This document shows positions 25,062 to 35,587 of a stretch of DNA of 64,000 nucleotides, piece after piece. The stretch spans positions 62,001 to 126,000 of the forward strand of contig CDROCS010003256.1 of the NCBI GenBank assembly GCA_977020255.1, read 5' to 3'. Within the stretch, counting starts at the first letter, position 1; every line of letters begins with the position of its first letter. Source of the stretch: Obrimoposthia wandeli (lineage: Eukaryota). Under the pieces are notes generated by a model. The model was not told where the DNA came from, searched no databases, and saw nothing but the letters and a program-made list of their open reading frames with translations. Position numbers and translations under genes: made by a program.

Positions 25062-25709
25062 ATGGAGCTAAATAATAATGCTGTATTTCAAATAGTTGGC
25101 CCAAGTGGAAGTGGAAAGACACATTTCGTCTGTAAATTGTTGCAAAATGAATCTCTTTTCAAATCTAGTTTCAAAAATATTTATTGGCATCATGGTGGAG
25201 GAGGGGAAAGCGGGTTAACCAAAACAGAAGTTTGCAAGTTGAAGGGTATAAAATTTATTGAAGGATTTGATGCAAATTGGTGTGAAAGATTGAAAAAAGA
25301 AGATGTAATAATAATTGATGATTTGTATGAAGAGGCTAACAAGGAATCGGACTTTAATAATTTATTTACAAAGATTGCAAGACATCGTGAAGTTACAGTT
25401 ATATATATCACTCAAAATCTGTTTCACCAAGGAGGTCACCATAGAACAAGAAATCTTAATGTACATTACTTAGTTTTATTTAAAAATCCTAGAGATCAAA
25501 CAGTTGTTGATTTTGTGGCCAGACAGGCATTTCCTCAAAATAAAAACTTTCTAGTTGATTCATTCCACGATGCTGCTAAACAAGCACATGGGTATATATT
25601 TATTGACTTTGCACAAGCTTGCCCAGATGATTTACGTGTTTTAACAGACACGTTTAATTCTAAGGGATTAACTGTTTATAAACAAATAGAGAACAATTAT
25701 AAAAAATAA
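25062..25709 (+). CDS. FtsK/HerA (A32-like) genome-packaging ATPase, 215 aa
   Basis: GPSGSGKT Walker A, IIIDD Walker B, ARHR, ITQN, RNLNVHYLVLFKNPRD, HGYIFID. Confidence 0.96.
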   Translation: MELNNNAVFQIVGPSGSGKTHFVCKLLQNESLFKSSFKNIYWHHGGGGESGLTKTEVCKLKGIKFIEGFDANWCERLKKEDVIIIDDLYEEANKESDFNNLFTKIARHREVTVIYITQNLFHQGGHHRTRNLNVHYLVLFKNPRDQTVVDFVARQAFPQNKNFLVDSFHDAAKQAHGYIFIDFAQACPDDLRVLTDTFNSKGLTVYKQIENNYKK

Positions 25710-25888
25710 ATGCGCAATGCCTTTTACAAAGTTGATAGTAAAACGTAAAGTAAAATCTAAGAAATCAAAAAAAAGAATCATTAAGAAAAAAGAAGTGAAA
25801 AAATTAATCAAATCTGTAGTTAAAAATAAAAAAAAAATTAAATGGCTTCGAATATAAACAATATTTAAATTGAACCTTTTTTATTAAA

Positions 25889-26218
25889 ATGCAGAAAATA
25901 CAAAGAAGCATACCCTATTTTAAAGCTTTAGTCAAAACCTCTTCTAATAAGAGAATGATTATTCTCAAAGCATTTCCATCCTTTGTTGTAGATGATTTAT
26001 TGGAAGTTTTGTATAATATAGTTTTGGGTCGAGTAAAAGTTGGAAATCGGAAAAATATATTAAAGAAATATAGAAAAACTATTCTAGATATTGCTAATGT
26101 AAAAAGTAAAAAAAGGAAACGAAATATTATTCTTAAACAGAATGATGGTTTCATAGGGGCTGTTATTCCAGTTGTTGCTTCAATTATCAGTAGTATTATA
26201 GCTGCGACACGTGCATAA
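25889..26218 (+). CDS. Maverick small basic protein with C-terminal amphipathic QxxGF..P segment
   Basis: Lys-rich body and KQNDGFIGAVIPVVASIISSII tail, resembling the conserved Polinton ORF found between ATPase and integrase. Confidence 0.7.
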   Translation: MQKIQRSIPYFKALVKTSSNKRMIILKAFPSFVVDDLLEVLYNIVLGRVKVGNRKNILKKYRKTILDIANVKSKKRKRNIILKQNDGFIGAVIPVVASIISSIIAATRA

Positions 26219-26304
26219 ACAATTATTTATAAAATCAGTTAAAGATATGGGTGCTAACCCTTCTTTACCTAAATTTAAATTATCTTTCTATTCAAATTGT
26301 TGTA

Positions 26305-27318
26305 ATGGAGAAGAAATGGTTCTACCCAAAAGATCCAATTGGCTACACCGGAGTTTAAAAATTAGCAAAAAGAACAAAACAAAAATATATGAAAACGCAG
26401 AAATGGCTGAGCAACCAGTTGGCCTACAGTCTGAACAAGCCGATGAGAATAAGGTTTCCAACTAGAGCTTACAAAACCAGCGGTCCTAATAATTTATGGC
26501 AAATGGATTTGATGGAGATGATCCCATATTCTTCCATTAATAAGGGATATCGATATATTTTAACATGTATTGATGTATTTAGCAGATTTGCTCGTGCAAT
26601 TCCAGTTAAAGCAAAGTCTTCAATAGCTATGCTTGAAGCCATTAAAGAAATATTAAAAGAGGACATTCCACAAAATGTGCAAACTGATTTAGGAAAAGAA
26701 TTTTATAATAAGCAAGTTCAATCATTATTTAAACAAAATAATATAAATCATTACTCTGTGTTTTCACAATACAAAGCAGCAGTAGTAGAAAGATTTAATC
26801 GTACTCTAAGAGATCGAATAAAAAAGTATTTCACAAAAGAAGGAAATAAAAAATGGATCCAAGTTTTACCTAAAATAATACATGCATATAATCACTCTGA
26901 ACATAGAGGTCTCAAGAGAATGAGACCTGTTGATGTTACTAATAACCTTGGTTTAAACAGAAATACCTTTGAAACCCATACAATAAAAACCATAAAAGCT
27001 AAAAATAAGGCAAAACTTTTAAATGCTGTTAATCATTTATATATTTATACTAATTTAATAGAACCAACGCTTGTAGGAGGACAACGAGTTTCACTTTTGA
27101 GAACAATATGGATATCTAAAAATGAAACTAAATATGGGGACACTGTCGGTATGTGTATAGATCAACCAATGTATCTTCCAGTTTCTCTCTTTTCTATAAA
27201 CAATATTGAAGTAAATATGAGAGATGATTCCGGACAACTAATAGATTTCACGTACGGGGCCAAGACAAGTTTAACAATACATTTAAGAAAACAAAATGGC
27301 GAATCCAGCAATAATTGA
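26305..27318 (+). pseudogene. Retroviral-like (rve) integrase fused in frame to the penton C-terminus
   Basis: DDE triad intact (WQMDL, QTDLGKEF, VERFNRTL). In-frame start at 26305 is interrupted by TAA at codon 18. After MRPVDVT (~26940) the sequence switches to penton NLGLNRNTF..., matching the 17673-18060 region. Confidence 0.92.
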
Positions 27319-27650
27319 AGCTTATAGTCAAAGCCAACAAGGTGGATAATTACCATATTTTGTTGGTAAACAAAATGGATCTAGCTGGCTTAGAACATTA
27401 GGTAGATTTGTCTTTCCTCTTTTAAAGAGACTCGGGCGATTTATATCAAAATAATGAAAGGATTACCTTTCATCTAATGACAATAAACTAATACCAACTT
27501 TTAAGAAGCATGCGCTTGATGAACTTGATAATGTTTTACCTGAAGTTGCTAATTTGATTAGAAAACGTAAATCAAATAAAAGCCAAGGAGGTAGTGGATT
27601 TAAAAGTAAAAAGAAGCTAAAAATTAATATAAACAAACGTAAGAAAGTTG
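27296..27650 (+). pseudogene. Small basic core-type protein, copy B
   Basis: MANPAIIEAYSQSQQGG*LPYFVGKQNGSSWLRTLGRF; further stops at ~27450. Confidence 0.75.
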
Positions 27651-27669
27651 AAGGAACAATATTTGCAAA

Positions 27670-28896
27670 ATGAGTTGCGCCAAAACTGAATTATGTATTT
27701 TTGATAAACCGCTTCCACAAGTAGTTGTAGATAATGCTTCCTTTGAAGAAATATTCCTTGTTAACTCAGTTTCAGGAACCACTTTAACCGATTTAGAATT
27801 TAATATTAATGGTTCCAATAGCGAGTATTTAGATTTGAATGATACTTTGCTTTATGTTCAAATAAAAGTATTAAATCGGGATGGTACTAATTTAGATGAA
27901 AATGCTGATGTAACACCTGTAAATTATCTATTTAATTCTTTATTTAATGATGCCATTGTTACTCTTAATAATGTCAAAATTGAAGGTGGAAATTCTTCCT
28001 ATGCTCATAAAGCTTTGATTGAAAGTCTTTTGAATTATAGTACTGATACTCAAAATACTAATTTGGCAACCATTGGTTATGATAAAACTGATGCAACTCG
28101 CAAAGAATGGATTGCAGGTTCTAAAGCTTACGAAATGTGTGGGTCTTTGAGATTGAATTTCTTTGAACAACCGAAATATTTAATTCCCGGTGTTAATGTA
28201 CATCTTCGTTTGAAACGTAATAAATGGAATTTTTCTTTGATAAGCACGGACATTCTAAAACCTAGACTTGATATTTTGGATGCAAAATTGTATGTTCGAA
28301 GAGTTAAAACCGAGCAATCAGTTTTAATGGCACATAATATAGGAATGGAAAAAAACAATGCTTGTTATCCTATTAGAGAAACTAAACTTATATCTTATTC
28401 TTTAGGTACGGGTACACAAGCTTTTAATAAGGATCAAATTTTTGGTGATGTAAGATTACCGAAATTCATTTTAATTTCTTTTCAAAAAACTGCAAAGTTT
28501 CTAGGAAATTATACGACAGATGCAACTCAATTTGACAATCTTAATGTTGGTTCAGTGACACTTTCAAGAAATACTGATTATCGTGAAACATATAAAACAG
28601 ATTTCGAAGGTAACGCTTATGCTTTGGCTTATACCCAATCTATTATTCGAAATTTGGGTCAACTAGATAAAAATATAAACAATGGTATTTCTTTCACTGA
28701 CTTTAAAAACAGCTGCCCGTTCTTCACATTTGTTTTGGCACCAGACTTTGATATAAACCAATGCCAACTACCAAAGGATGGAAATTTACGACTAGAAATT
28801 AAGTTCAATGCAGCTTTAACAAATCCTACTATATTTATTTACGGAGTATTTGATTCGGAAATACAAATCAATAAAAACAGAACTGTCATATTATAG
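27670..28896 (+). CDS. Double jelly-roll major capsid protein, 408 aa
   Basis: MSCAKTELCIFDKPLPQ N-terminus, LEF..YLDLNDTLLYV, FFEQPKYLIPGV..LRL and LRLEIKF motifs of Polinton MCPs; frame intact. Confidence 0.95.
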   Translation: MSCAKTELCIFDKPLPQVVVDNASFEEIFLVNSVSGTTLTDLEFNINGSNSEYLDLNDTLLYVQIKVLNRDGTNLDENADVTPVNYLFNSLFNDAIVTLNNVKIEGGNSSYAHKALIESLLNYSTDTQNTNLATIGYDKTDATRKEWIAGSKAYEMCGSLRLNFFEQPKYLIPGVNVHLRLKRNKWNFSLISTDILKPRLDILDAKLYVRRVKTEQSVLMAHNIGMEKNNACYPIRETKLISYSLGTGTQAFNKDQIFGDVRLPKFILISFQKTAKFLGNYTTDATQFDNLNVGSVTLSRNTDYRETYKTDFEGNAYALAYTQSIIRNLGQLDKNINNGISFTDFKNSCPFFTFVLAPDFDINQCQLPKDGNLRLEIKFNAALTNPTIFIYGVFDSEIQINKNRTVIL

Positions 28897-28897
28897 A

Positions 28898-29278
28898 ATG
28901 GAGTAAGACATATTTTAAATTTATATTTATTAATTTTTATTTAGTTCAAAACAAGTAAAAGAATCAGCAGAGAAGGTCCTGGGTGATAAATTCAATGGAG
29001 TTTATCCTATTGATATGATTCCATTTTTTCAATCTGGAGGTTACATTATCAATACTCATACTTCGAATTTACCAGGAGAACATTGGATAGCTATTTATGT
29101 TAGAGAGTGGACAATACATGTATTTGATCCACTTGCAATGTATTATCCACACAAACTTGTTTCAACTATTCAAAAAGGACGAAGAAGAGTATTTTACAAC
29201 AAGATACAATATCAGGATCCTGCGACGAGAAACTGTGGACATTTATGTATTTTATGGTTATCGTTGCAAAACGATTAG
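28898..29278 (+). CDS. Adenain-like cysteine protease, 112 aa after splicing (exons 28898-28902 and 28945-29278; 42-nt intron)
   Basis: INT..PGEHW (His), FDP (Asp), QYQ, NCGHLC (Cys); ATG GA|gtaag...ttag|T gives MDSKQV.. in frame. Confidence 0.92.
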
Positions 29279-29510
29279 TGTGTTATAAAAATAAATATTT
29301 TAAATGTTTTATTTTGAATTATTTTTTAAATCTCTAAAAATATATAAGGGTAAAATAATAAAAGACATAAGGAGATATGTCAGCAAAGATCATAATAAAT
29401 AAGGTCCAAAAAAGTATTGAAATAACAAATAGTTAGAGTCTAGGTGCTCTAAAATTTTAAAAACTAAACTAAAAACTTTAACTTCTGAAGTGTCCATAAT
29501 GCGCTTGTCG

Positions 29511-32500
29511 TCAGCGATTTTGGTTGATCAGTTGATGGGCTCTTGAACTAGTTTGCTCAACGCTTTCAAGACACCCAGTATCATAAACTTTCCGGTAGGC
29601 CTCATGTGTAAGATTGTTTCTTCCCACACCCTTTGCTCTCATTGAACATGTATTATTAGATGCATGTAAACTGTAGCATTTAGGGCGTAGGAAAATACAA
29701 TCATCATACGAAACCTGTCCCTCGCTTTCATCCTTAAATTTCCCGATAATGTCCTTTAAACTCATAGAGTGTAGAGGATGGTTAGCGGGATATTTATGGG
29801 TATCTAGTAAGTTGTCCCTAAACATTGCTGGTAATAATTGATTATTTAAACTAACATTCCTACATTCTAAAAAGAAAGAGTCAGTGTCCCCAGCTGCGAT
29901 TTTGAATCTCACAATTAAATTCTTGTCGGTATTTCTCCAATTCTATGTATTGAAGCTCATACATTCTGAGTTTAGAAATGTCTAAAACCGTTTGACCTAT
30001 ATAACTCGGTCGATCGAGACAAATACTCTGTTTTCCTAATAACACTGCTACCAAGTCATCTGCAATTGTAAAACTACGCTTGAAGTTGTACTTGCTAGTA
30101 TATGTTATTAGTTTACGCTCATCATTGCTAAACCGTAGACAAATACGTTTCCGCAAGTCCTCTACAGTTTTTCCAAAGAGACTATTACTTTTTAACTTGT
30201 AAAAATCTCGATCGAATATGCTAGTGGCCTAATTACGTTTTCTTGAATTCTTCTCAATATAGTCTTTAAACACAAAGTTTTGACTGAAGCTTATAGCACG
30301 ATGAATTCGAGTAACTTTCGCTCCCAACTTTAAGTAGAATTGAAGAAGCCGCCAATGCACAACATAATTCAACTTGTCTTCATGGGTTAACAATAATTTC
30401 TTAACCTTTGAATTAGGTGGGCATTGACAAACAGGCACTACTGGAAGATTATCTAATTTATCATGAACATTGGAGGGGATTTTTATGTTAATCTCAACCA
30501 AATAGCCGACGTCTGATGAAACTGTATCAACAGTAGCCAAATCTGTCATCAACTTATTCAACTGATCCACATCATAAACCCACTTAAAGTTGGCATGAGG
30601 TAGAGGTTGAGTAAACGCCCACCCATACAAATTATTAATATCGATGTACAGAATCTCCGTGGATTGATTTTTGACAACATGATGTTTGTTGACAAAAGTC
30701 ATTCCACCGCGTATACCATAATCATACATTTGATACATTGCGGGATCTTGCAGTAACTCGATATTAATTTTAAGAGTTTTTATTGCTGTTGCCTATGAAA
30801 GACCAGGTAAACTAAAGAAATGCATGGGATCTAGCCCATCTTTTGCTAAATACTTTACACGAAAGGACTCAAAAACATCAGCTAAAAGATAAATGCTTAA
30901 CTTCATATAATAAAGCATATATTAGAGAAGATTTTGACAATTATTCACCCAAAATGTACGGGCCTCATTATAGTCTTGAAGACTTACACCCTCAAATTCA
31001 GTTATGGGTGGGATTTCAGTTGTATTTTCTAAATCTGCGAAAGTTTTCGCAAATTTATACGGAAAAATCCCCTTATCGTTAACCGAAGCTGGGAACACTG
31101 ACTGTGTAATTGGCCATGCATTTAAAGATGCCATTAAATTTTTTAAAGACCCGCTCAAAAACTGCAGAGAATCTATGAATCTTAAACTGTAGAATTCAGT
31201 ATATGCAGTTAAAGATAAATATTTCTCTGAAGTTTGAGGTATACATGAAATTTCCCAAGAGCTTAATGTACCCAACGCGTATTTAAGTATATGATGCAAA
31301 TCATATCCTTTGAGGTTATGAAACACGATGGGAATGCGTGCTTTTTAGGGAGACGACGGCCAAGGTTACAAAGATTGCACGCCGCTCCCAAGTATCGCCC
31401 CGTAACATGATTGTGATCTCTGACTAACTTAGACTGGGTTCCACACAAATAACATAATCTACAAGAATTAAAATTAACCCAGTCTATGCCTGTCATGATC
31501 ATTGCTTGATGAGCATTGAGATCATACCACGGTTTGACAATTGTTGTTCCTAATTCCTCTAATTTTAACATAAAATCTAAAATACAATTTGGACCGGAAA
31601 ATTTATGATACTGGGTAATATTGGGGCCTAAGAATAGTAGTCCTGCCGAAGCCGGTAGGTGAATACTCTCATACTGGTCGTGCAATGCTAAAATTGACTC
31701 AAAATCTGCATACACCCTGAATTCCACGGGTATGCATTTTGCCCAATCCCTGAATTTTAAATCCTTATCCTTAGGCATGCTATATAGCGTATTGTCATCA
31801 GGATTCAGTGAACATAATGTCAGATGTTTGCTGTAAGAGAGCTCGGATCGGAACCCATGCAAACATCTATGACACCACTTACACCTTATCCTAACCGGTA
31901 AGGCTCCATTATCTAAATTTAGAAGACGATCTAAACTGGGAATTGCAGCATAATGGAATTTATTATTATGTTCGAGCAAAATTAAGTTGACCTGAGTCCC
32001 CTCATTTTTGCTCCTATAAATTACATCTACAAAAGGATTTTTAAAAATTTCTTCATCTGTTACATCAACTGGGATATCAGTATTATATTTGAATACATTA
32101 ATACTCAAGTTATTAAGATGTTCAAATCTTGATATCGCAGTTAATTTAACAGGAAAATCTATTCCATGATACTGCAATTCATTTAAAAAAGGGGTATATT
32201 TACTGACATGCTCTCTATGCTCAGTAATTACATCCCTTTTGAGGATGGCCAACACGCTATACAGAAAGCAAAGGTTATCACTGTTTTGTACGTTAACAAT
32301 GGAACGTGAAAGTTGAAGAGATCTAGGTGAAGGAATGTATGAACTCCCCGAAAGATATATCATGTCAGTGAACTTTGTTAGAACAAAGCTAACATCGTGA
32401 ATTCTAACTAGAGTCCATCCACTACTTAACTCGCTATAATTAGCAATTTTTTCATCCAGGTTTCTTCCAATTTCAGTTACAAAATTATCATACAAAACAG

Positions 32501-32822
32501 TTGCTTTATGTGAAATTACCCTAGTTTTAGTTTCCTCATTGACATTTTTAAACTGCACTGTTGCGCAAAATTGAACCTTAGCCTGTCCTAATTTAGTCAC
32601 TTCTGATTTTAAAAGATTTTCAATATTTGAATCTACACCTACGTTTAATAAAATTTCATTTCTTAATGGCACCTTAACTATAACATATTTATTATTTAGG
32701 TGATACTCTATTGTAGCACCGTTTTCTCTACGTTTTTTGGGTGGGACCTTATTAAGAAATTGGCCTCGCCTCTTTCTTCCGTTTGTCGCTGACAAACCTC
32801 CCCTAATTGAACGGGAAGACAA
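29511..32822 (-). pseudogene. polB: Protein-primed family B DNA polymerase with N-terminal terminal-protein region; frameshifted
   Basis: Exo I VYADFES, DHNHVTGRYLGAACNLCN insert, Exo II FHNLKGYD, motif A YIDINNLYG, motif B KLKSNSLFGK, motif C GDTDS. Split over ORFs 31263-32822, 30922-31326, 30229-30738, 29881-30156 and 29511-29912. No ATG at the 5' end. Confidence 0.96.
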
Positions 32823-32829
32823 CTATTTA

Positions 32830-33902
32830 TATTAATAGTTGAGACAATCGCAGCTGAGGTTGAAGGTGCTGCTATTGGTGATGCTGCCGATGTTGAGACA
32901 ATTGCAGCAAAGCTGCTGCTAGTTGATGCTGCCGATGTTGAGGCAACTGTAGATGATGTTGAAGGGACCGCTGACCTTTCCGATGAAGAAGCGGCTGTTG
33001 TAGAAGTTAGTGCTGCTGAAATAAATATATTAAAAAATAAATATATTTTTAAAAATTATTACCTCTAAGGCGTGCTAACATCGATGTAGGCACTCGCGAA
33101 GGTGGAGGCATATCTGTTGTAGCAGATGACGATTGTAGAACGGTATTTCCTGAATAAATAATATAAATAAAATATATATAATAAAAATAAAATATATAAT
33201 TACTATTTACAAAAAAAAAAAAAAAAACTAATGATGACAATCCAAGTTGAGCTGGAATGAAGTCATCTTCATTGGTGGAAACCAGCCAGCTGTCGGCCGG
33301 TGGCTCGACGAAATCGGATTTCTCGATGGTCTCCAACCAGGTGTTGTCGCTCCATTGAGGCTGCTCCATCTCGAAATCTGACTGGGTGATATTTCGCATC
33401 CAGTCATTGTTTGAGAATTGGGTTGCTGGTGCCAACTCCTCAAAATCTTCCTCGGAGATGTCGTTCATCCACTCATTGTTAGACATTTGAGTGGATGGGG
33501 CAGCAGCAGAATCAGGAGCCGGGAGAGAAGGACCAATGGCAGGACCATAAACTGGTAGACTGACTGCCACTGTAAATGGAGGTGGAGCTCGAGCGGCCTG
33601 CGAATCGCGCACCAATTGGACGATATCCCTCTTCTTGTTGTTGGCCGTGAAACACGATAGGTGAGCTCGATGTTCACAGAAGAATTCTCGAAACTCCTTC
33701 TCCTCCATTGTTCTGCAGAAGGGGCAGACGAAGAACAGAACACCTTGAGACTTTGTCCGGTAGTATGCAGACATTGTCTCCATGCAGGACTCTCCTCCAT
33801 GCAGAGCCGAAGCAGCGCAATACGCAGGGAATAGGTTACACGTAATCTGAAATAATAAATATTAATAAGGAAATAATAAAAATAAATTCTTACCATAGGC
33901 AT
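32830..33902 (-). CDS. Spliced Cys/His-rich (RING-like) protein with acidic W..I...DF repeats and a Ser/Thr/Ala linker
   Basis: Exon 33902-33894 (MPM), 47-nt intron, then ITCNLFPAYC..H..C..CPFC-x12-CEHRAHLSC; further AT-rich introns near 33150-33230 and 33020-33062. Confidence 0.7.
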
Positions 33903-33984
33903 TATTTCAAATTGTCGGGGATTTAAATGAAGAAAGTGTTTGCTTATATACTAAAATTTATGCACACATGCTCTTTTCCTATTG

Positions 33985-34240
33985 GATTAAAAAATTGAAT
34001 TTATTCCTCCACTGAGAAGGATTGTTTATCTGTTATTGGATGAAAAAATAATTTTATTCCTCCAATTAAAGAGAAGGATTGTTTATCTATTATAGGTTGA
34101 AAAAATAATTGTATTTTTCTCATTAAAGAGAAGGATTAATCATATATTATAGGTTGAAAAAAAATTTATTCCTCTAATCAAAAGGCTTATTTGTAAATAA
34201 ATGTAAAATTTTAATAATGAATTCCTCCAATTAGAAGAAT
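33985..34240. repeat. ~57-bp tandem repeats upstream of the Zn-finger/PolB unit
   Basis: tttattcctc..gagaaggattgtttatct..atagg/attgg..aaaaaat repeated 4-5 times. Confidence 0.75.
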
Positions 34241-34275
34241 TGTTTATCTACATGTCAAGTAATAATAAGAAAGAC

Positions 34276-34719
34276 TTAAACATTTTTATATGCGCAATGG
34301 TCACCATGATTACGATATGGACAGCAAATATTTTGTGGAATATTTAATAGATGATCACGTGAAATATTTAAAGTATTCAACCTCAATTTAGGAAAATATT
34401 TTTTTAAAGTCTTATATTTTTTGCCATCCATGTCATCTAAAACATAAAAAATTTCATTTTCAATTTCAAAATTAGATTTAAAAGTATCGAAAATACATAT
34501 TTCACAAAAAGCCTTATGTTTTAATAAATGGAAATATTTAGTTAGATATAAATTAGTAAATGTTTTCTTATAATCTAAACTTTTAAATTGGATATCTATA
34601 TGAAATATGAAATGCAAAGGATGAAAAACGTCGCATACATCCATAATACATAATTCTTTTATAATATAATCCCCATTTTTGTTAATGAAAGCCTCAAAAT
34701 CTATGATATATTCCTGCAT
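34276..34719 (-). CDS. DEDD 3'-5' exonuclease-like accessory protein with C-terminal CxxxxHxxHCA motif
   Basis: IIDFEAF..YIIKELCI N-terminus and CCPYRNHGDHCAYKNV tail; may be C-terminally truncated. Confidence 0.6.
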   Translation of the reverse strand: MQEYIIDFEAFINKNGDYIIKELCIMDVCDVFHPLHFIFHIDIQFKSLDYKKTFTNLYLTKYFHLLKHKAFCEICIFDTFKSNFEIENEIFYVLDDMDGKKYKTLKKYFPKLRLNTLNISRDHLLNIPQNICCPYRNHGDHCAYKNV

Positions 34720-34853
34720 AATTACCCAAATTTGTAGCAAATCCCGTTGTTTATAACGAAAAACAATTAATCAAAAATTTATTAAAATGACGAGGTAGTA
34801 TTTAGACAATTTATTTAGACAATAAACATAATCAATAAAGACAAAATAATAAT

Positions 34854-35183
34854 CTATAAAATTAATTTTTTTGTGGAAGGACCCTCTTCCGGTTTAATCT
34901 GGAGGATTCGCTTTCTTGCTGCTCGCCGAACATCCTCCGTCTCTTCTCTTCTTTTTTCCTCCACCTTCCTTTTTTCCATTTCGATTTTCTTGTTCCACTC
35001 CACAACCCGACGTCGTTCTGCTAGCCGCCTGTCCTGAATCTCCACCCGACGATTCCACTCGGTCGCGACAGCAGTATATAAATTCTGGTTGAGGATCCTC
35101 TTTCGTAAATCTCCTTTCTTCTCATTTATTCTTATATTTGTCTCGATCTTCGTCACCAAACTTTGCATTTTAATAAATTCCAT
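34854..35183 (-). CDS. Highly charged coiled-coil protein, 109 aa
   Basis: Intact ORF with an NLS-like basic tail; homologue in copy A. Confidence 0.7.
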   Translation of the reverse strand: MEFIKMQSLVTKIETNIRINEKKGDLRKRILNQNLYTAVATEWNRRVEIQDRRLAERRRVVEWNKKIEMEKRKVEEKRREETEDVRRAARKRILQIKPEEGPSTKKLIL

Positions 35184-35587
35184 TTTTTAATTATGAAGAT
35201 GTTAATAAATTTGAACCTATATATATAAATTAAAGATATTTTTAATCCAATCACAAGCAATTAAAATATATTTATCAAATGGAAGTTTAATAAATATATA
35301 ACTAATCATTGCATTTATATTTAATCCTAAAAATTTAATTATTCCTTAACAATCCAATCACATTCGAATAAGTTAACTTTATTTTAATAAACTTACGGAG
35401 GATATTTTAATATTACTAAATTCTAAAATTTATTTTTAACCTTGTTATTTTATTAAACTTAAGGAGGATATTTTAATATTAAATTCTAAAATTTATTTTT
35501 AACCTTGTTATTTTAATAAACTTAAGTAGTATATTTTAATATTACTAAATTCTAAAATAAATAATAATAAAAAGACAACACAAGAAA

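Noticed and set aside
29511-32822. Programmed frameshifting in PolB
   Set aside because: Several breaks plus in-frame stops, some at homopolymer runs, fit decay or sequencing error.
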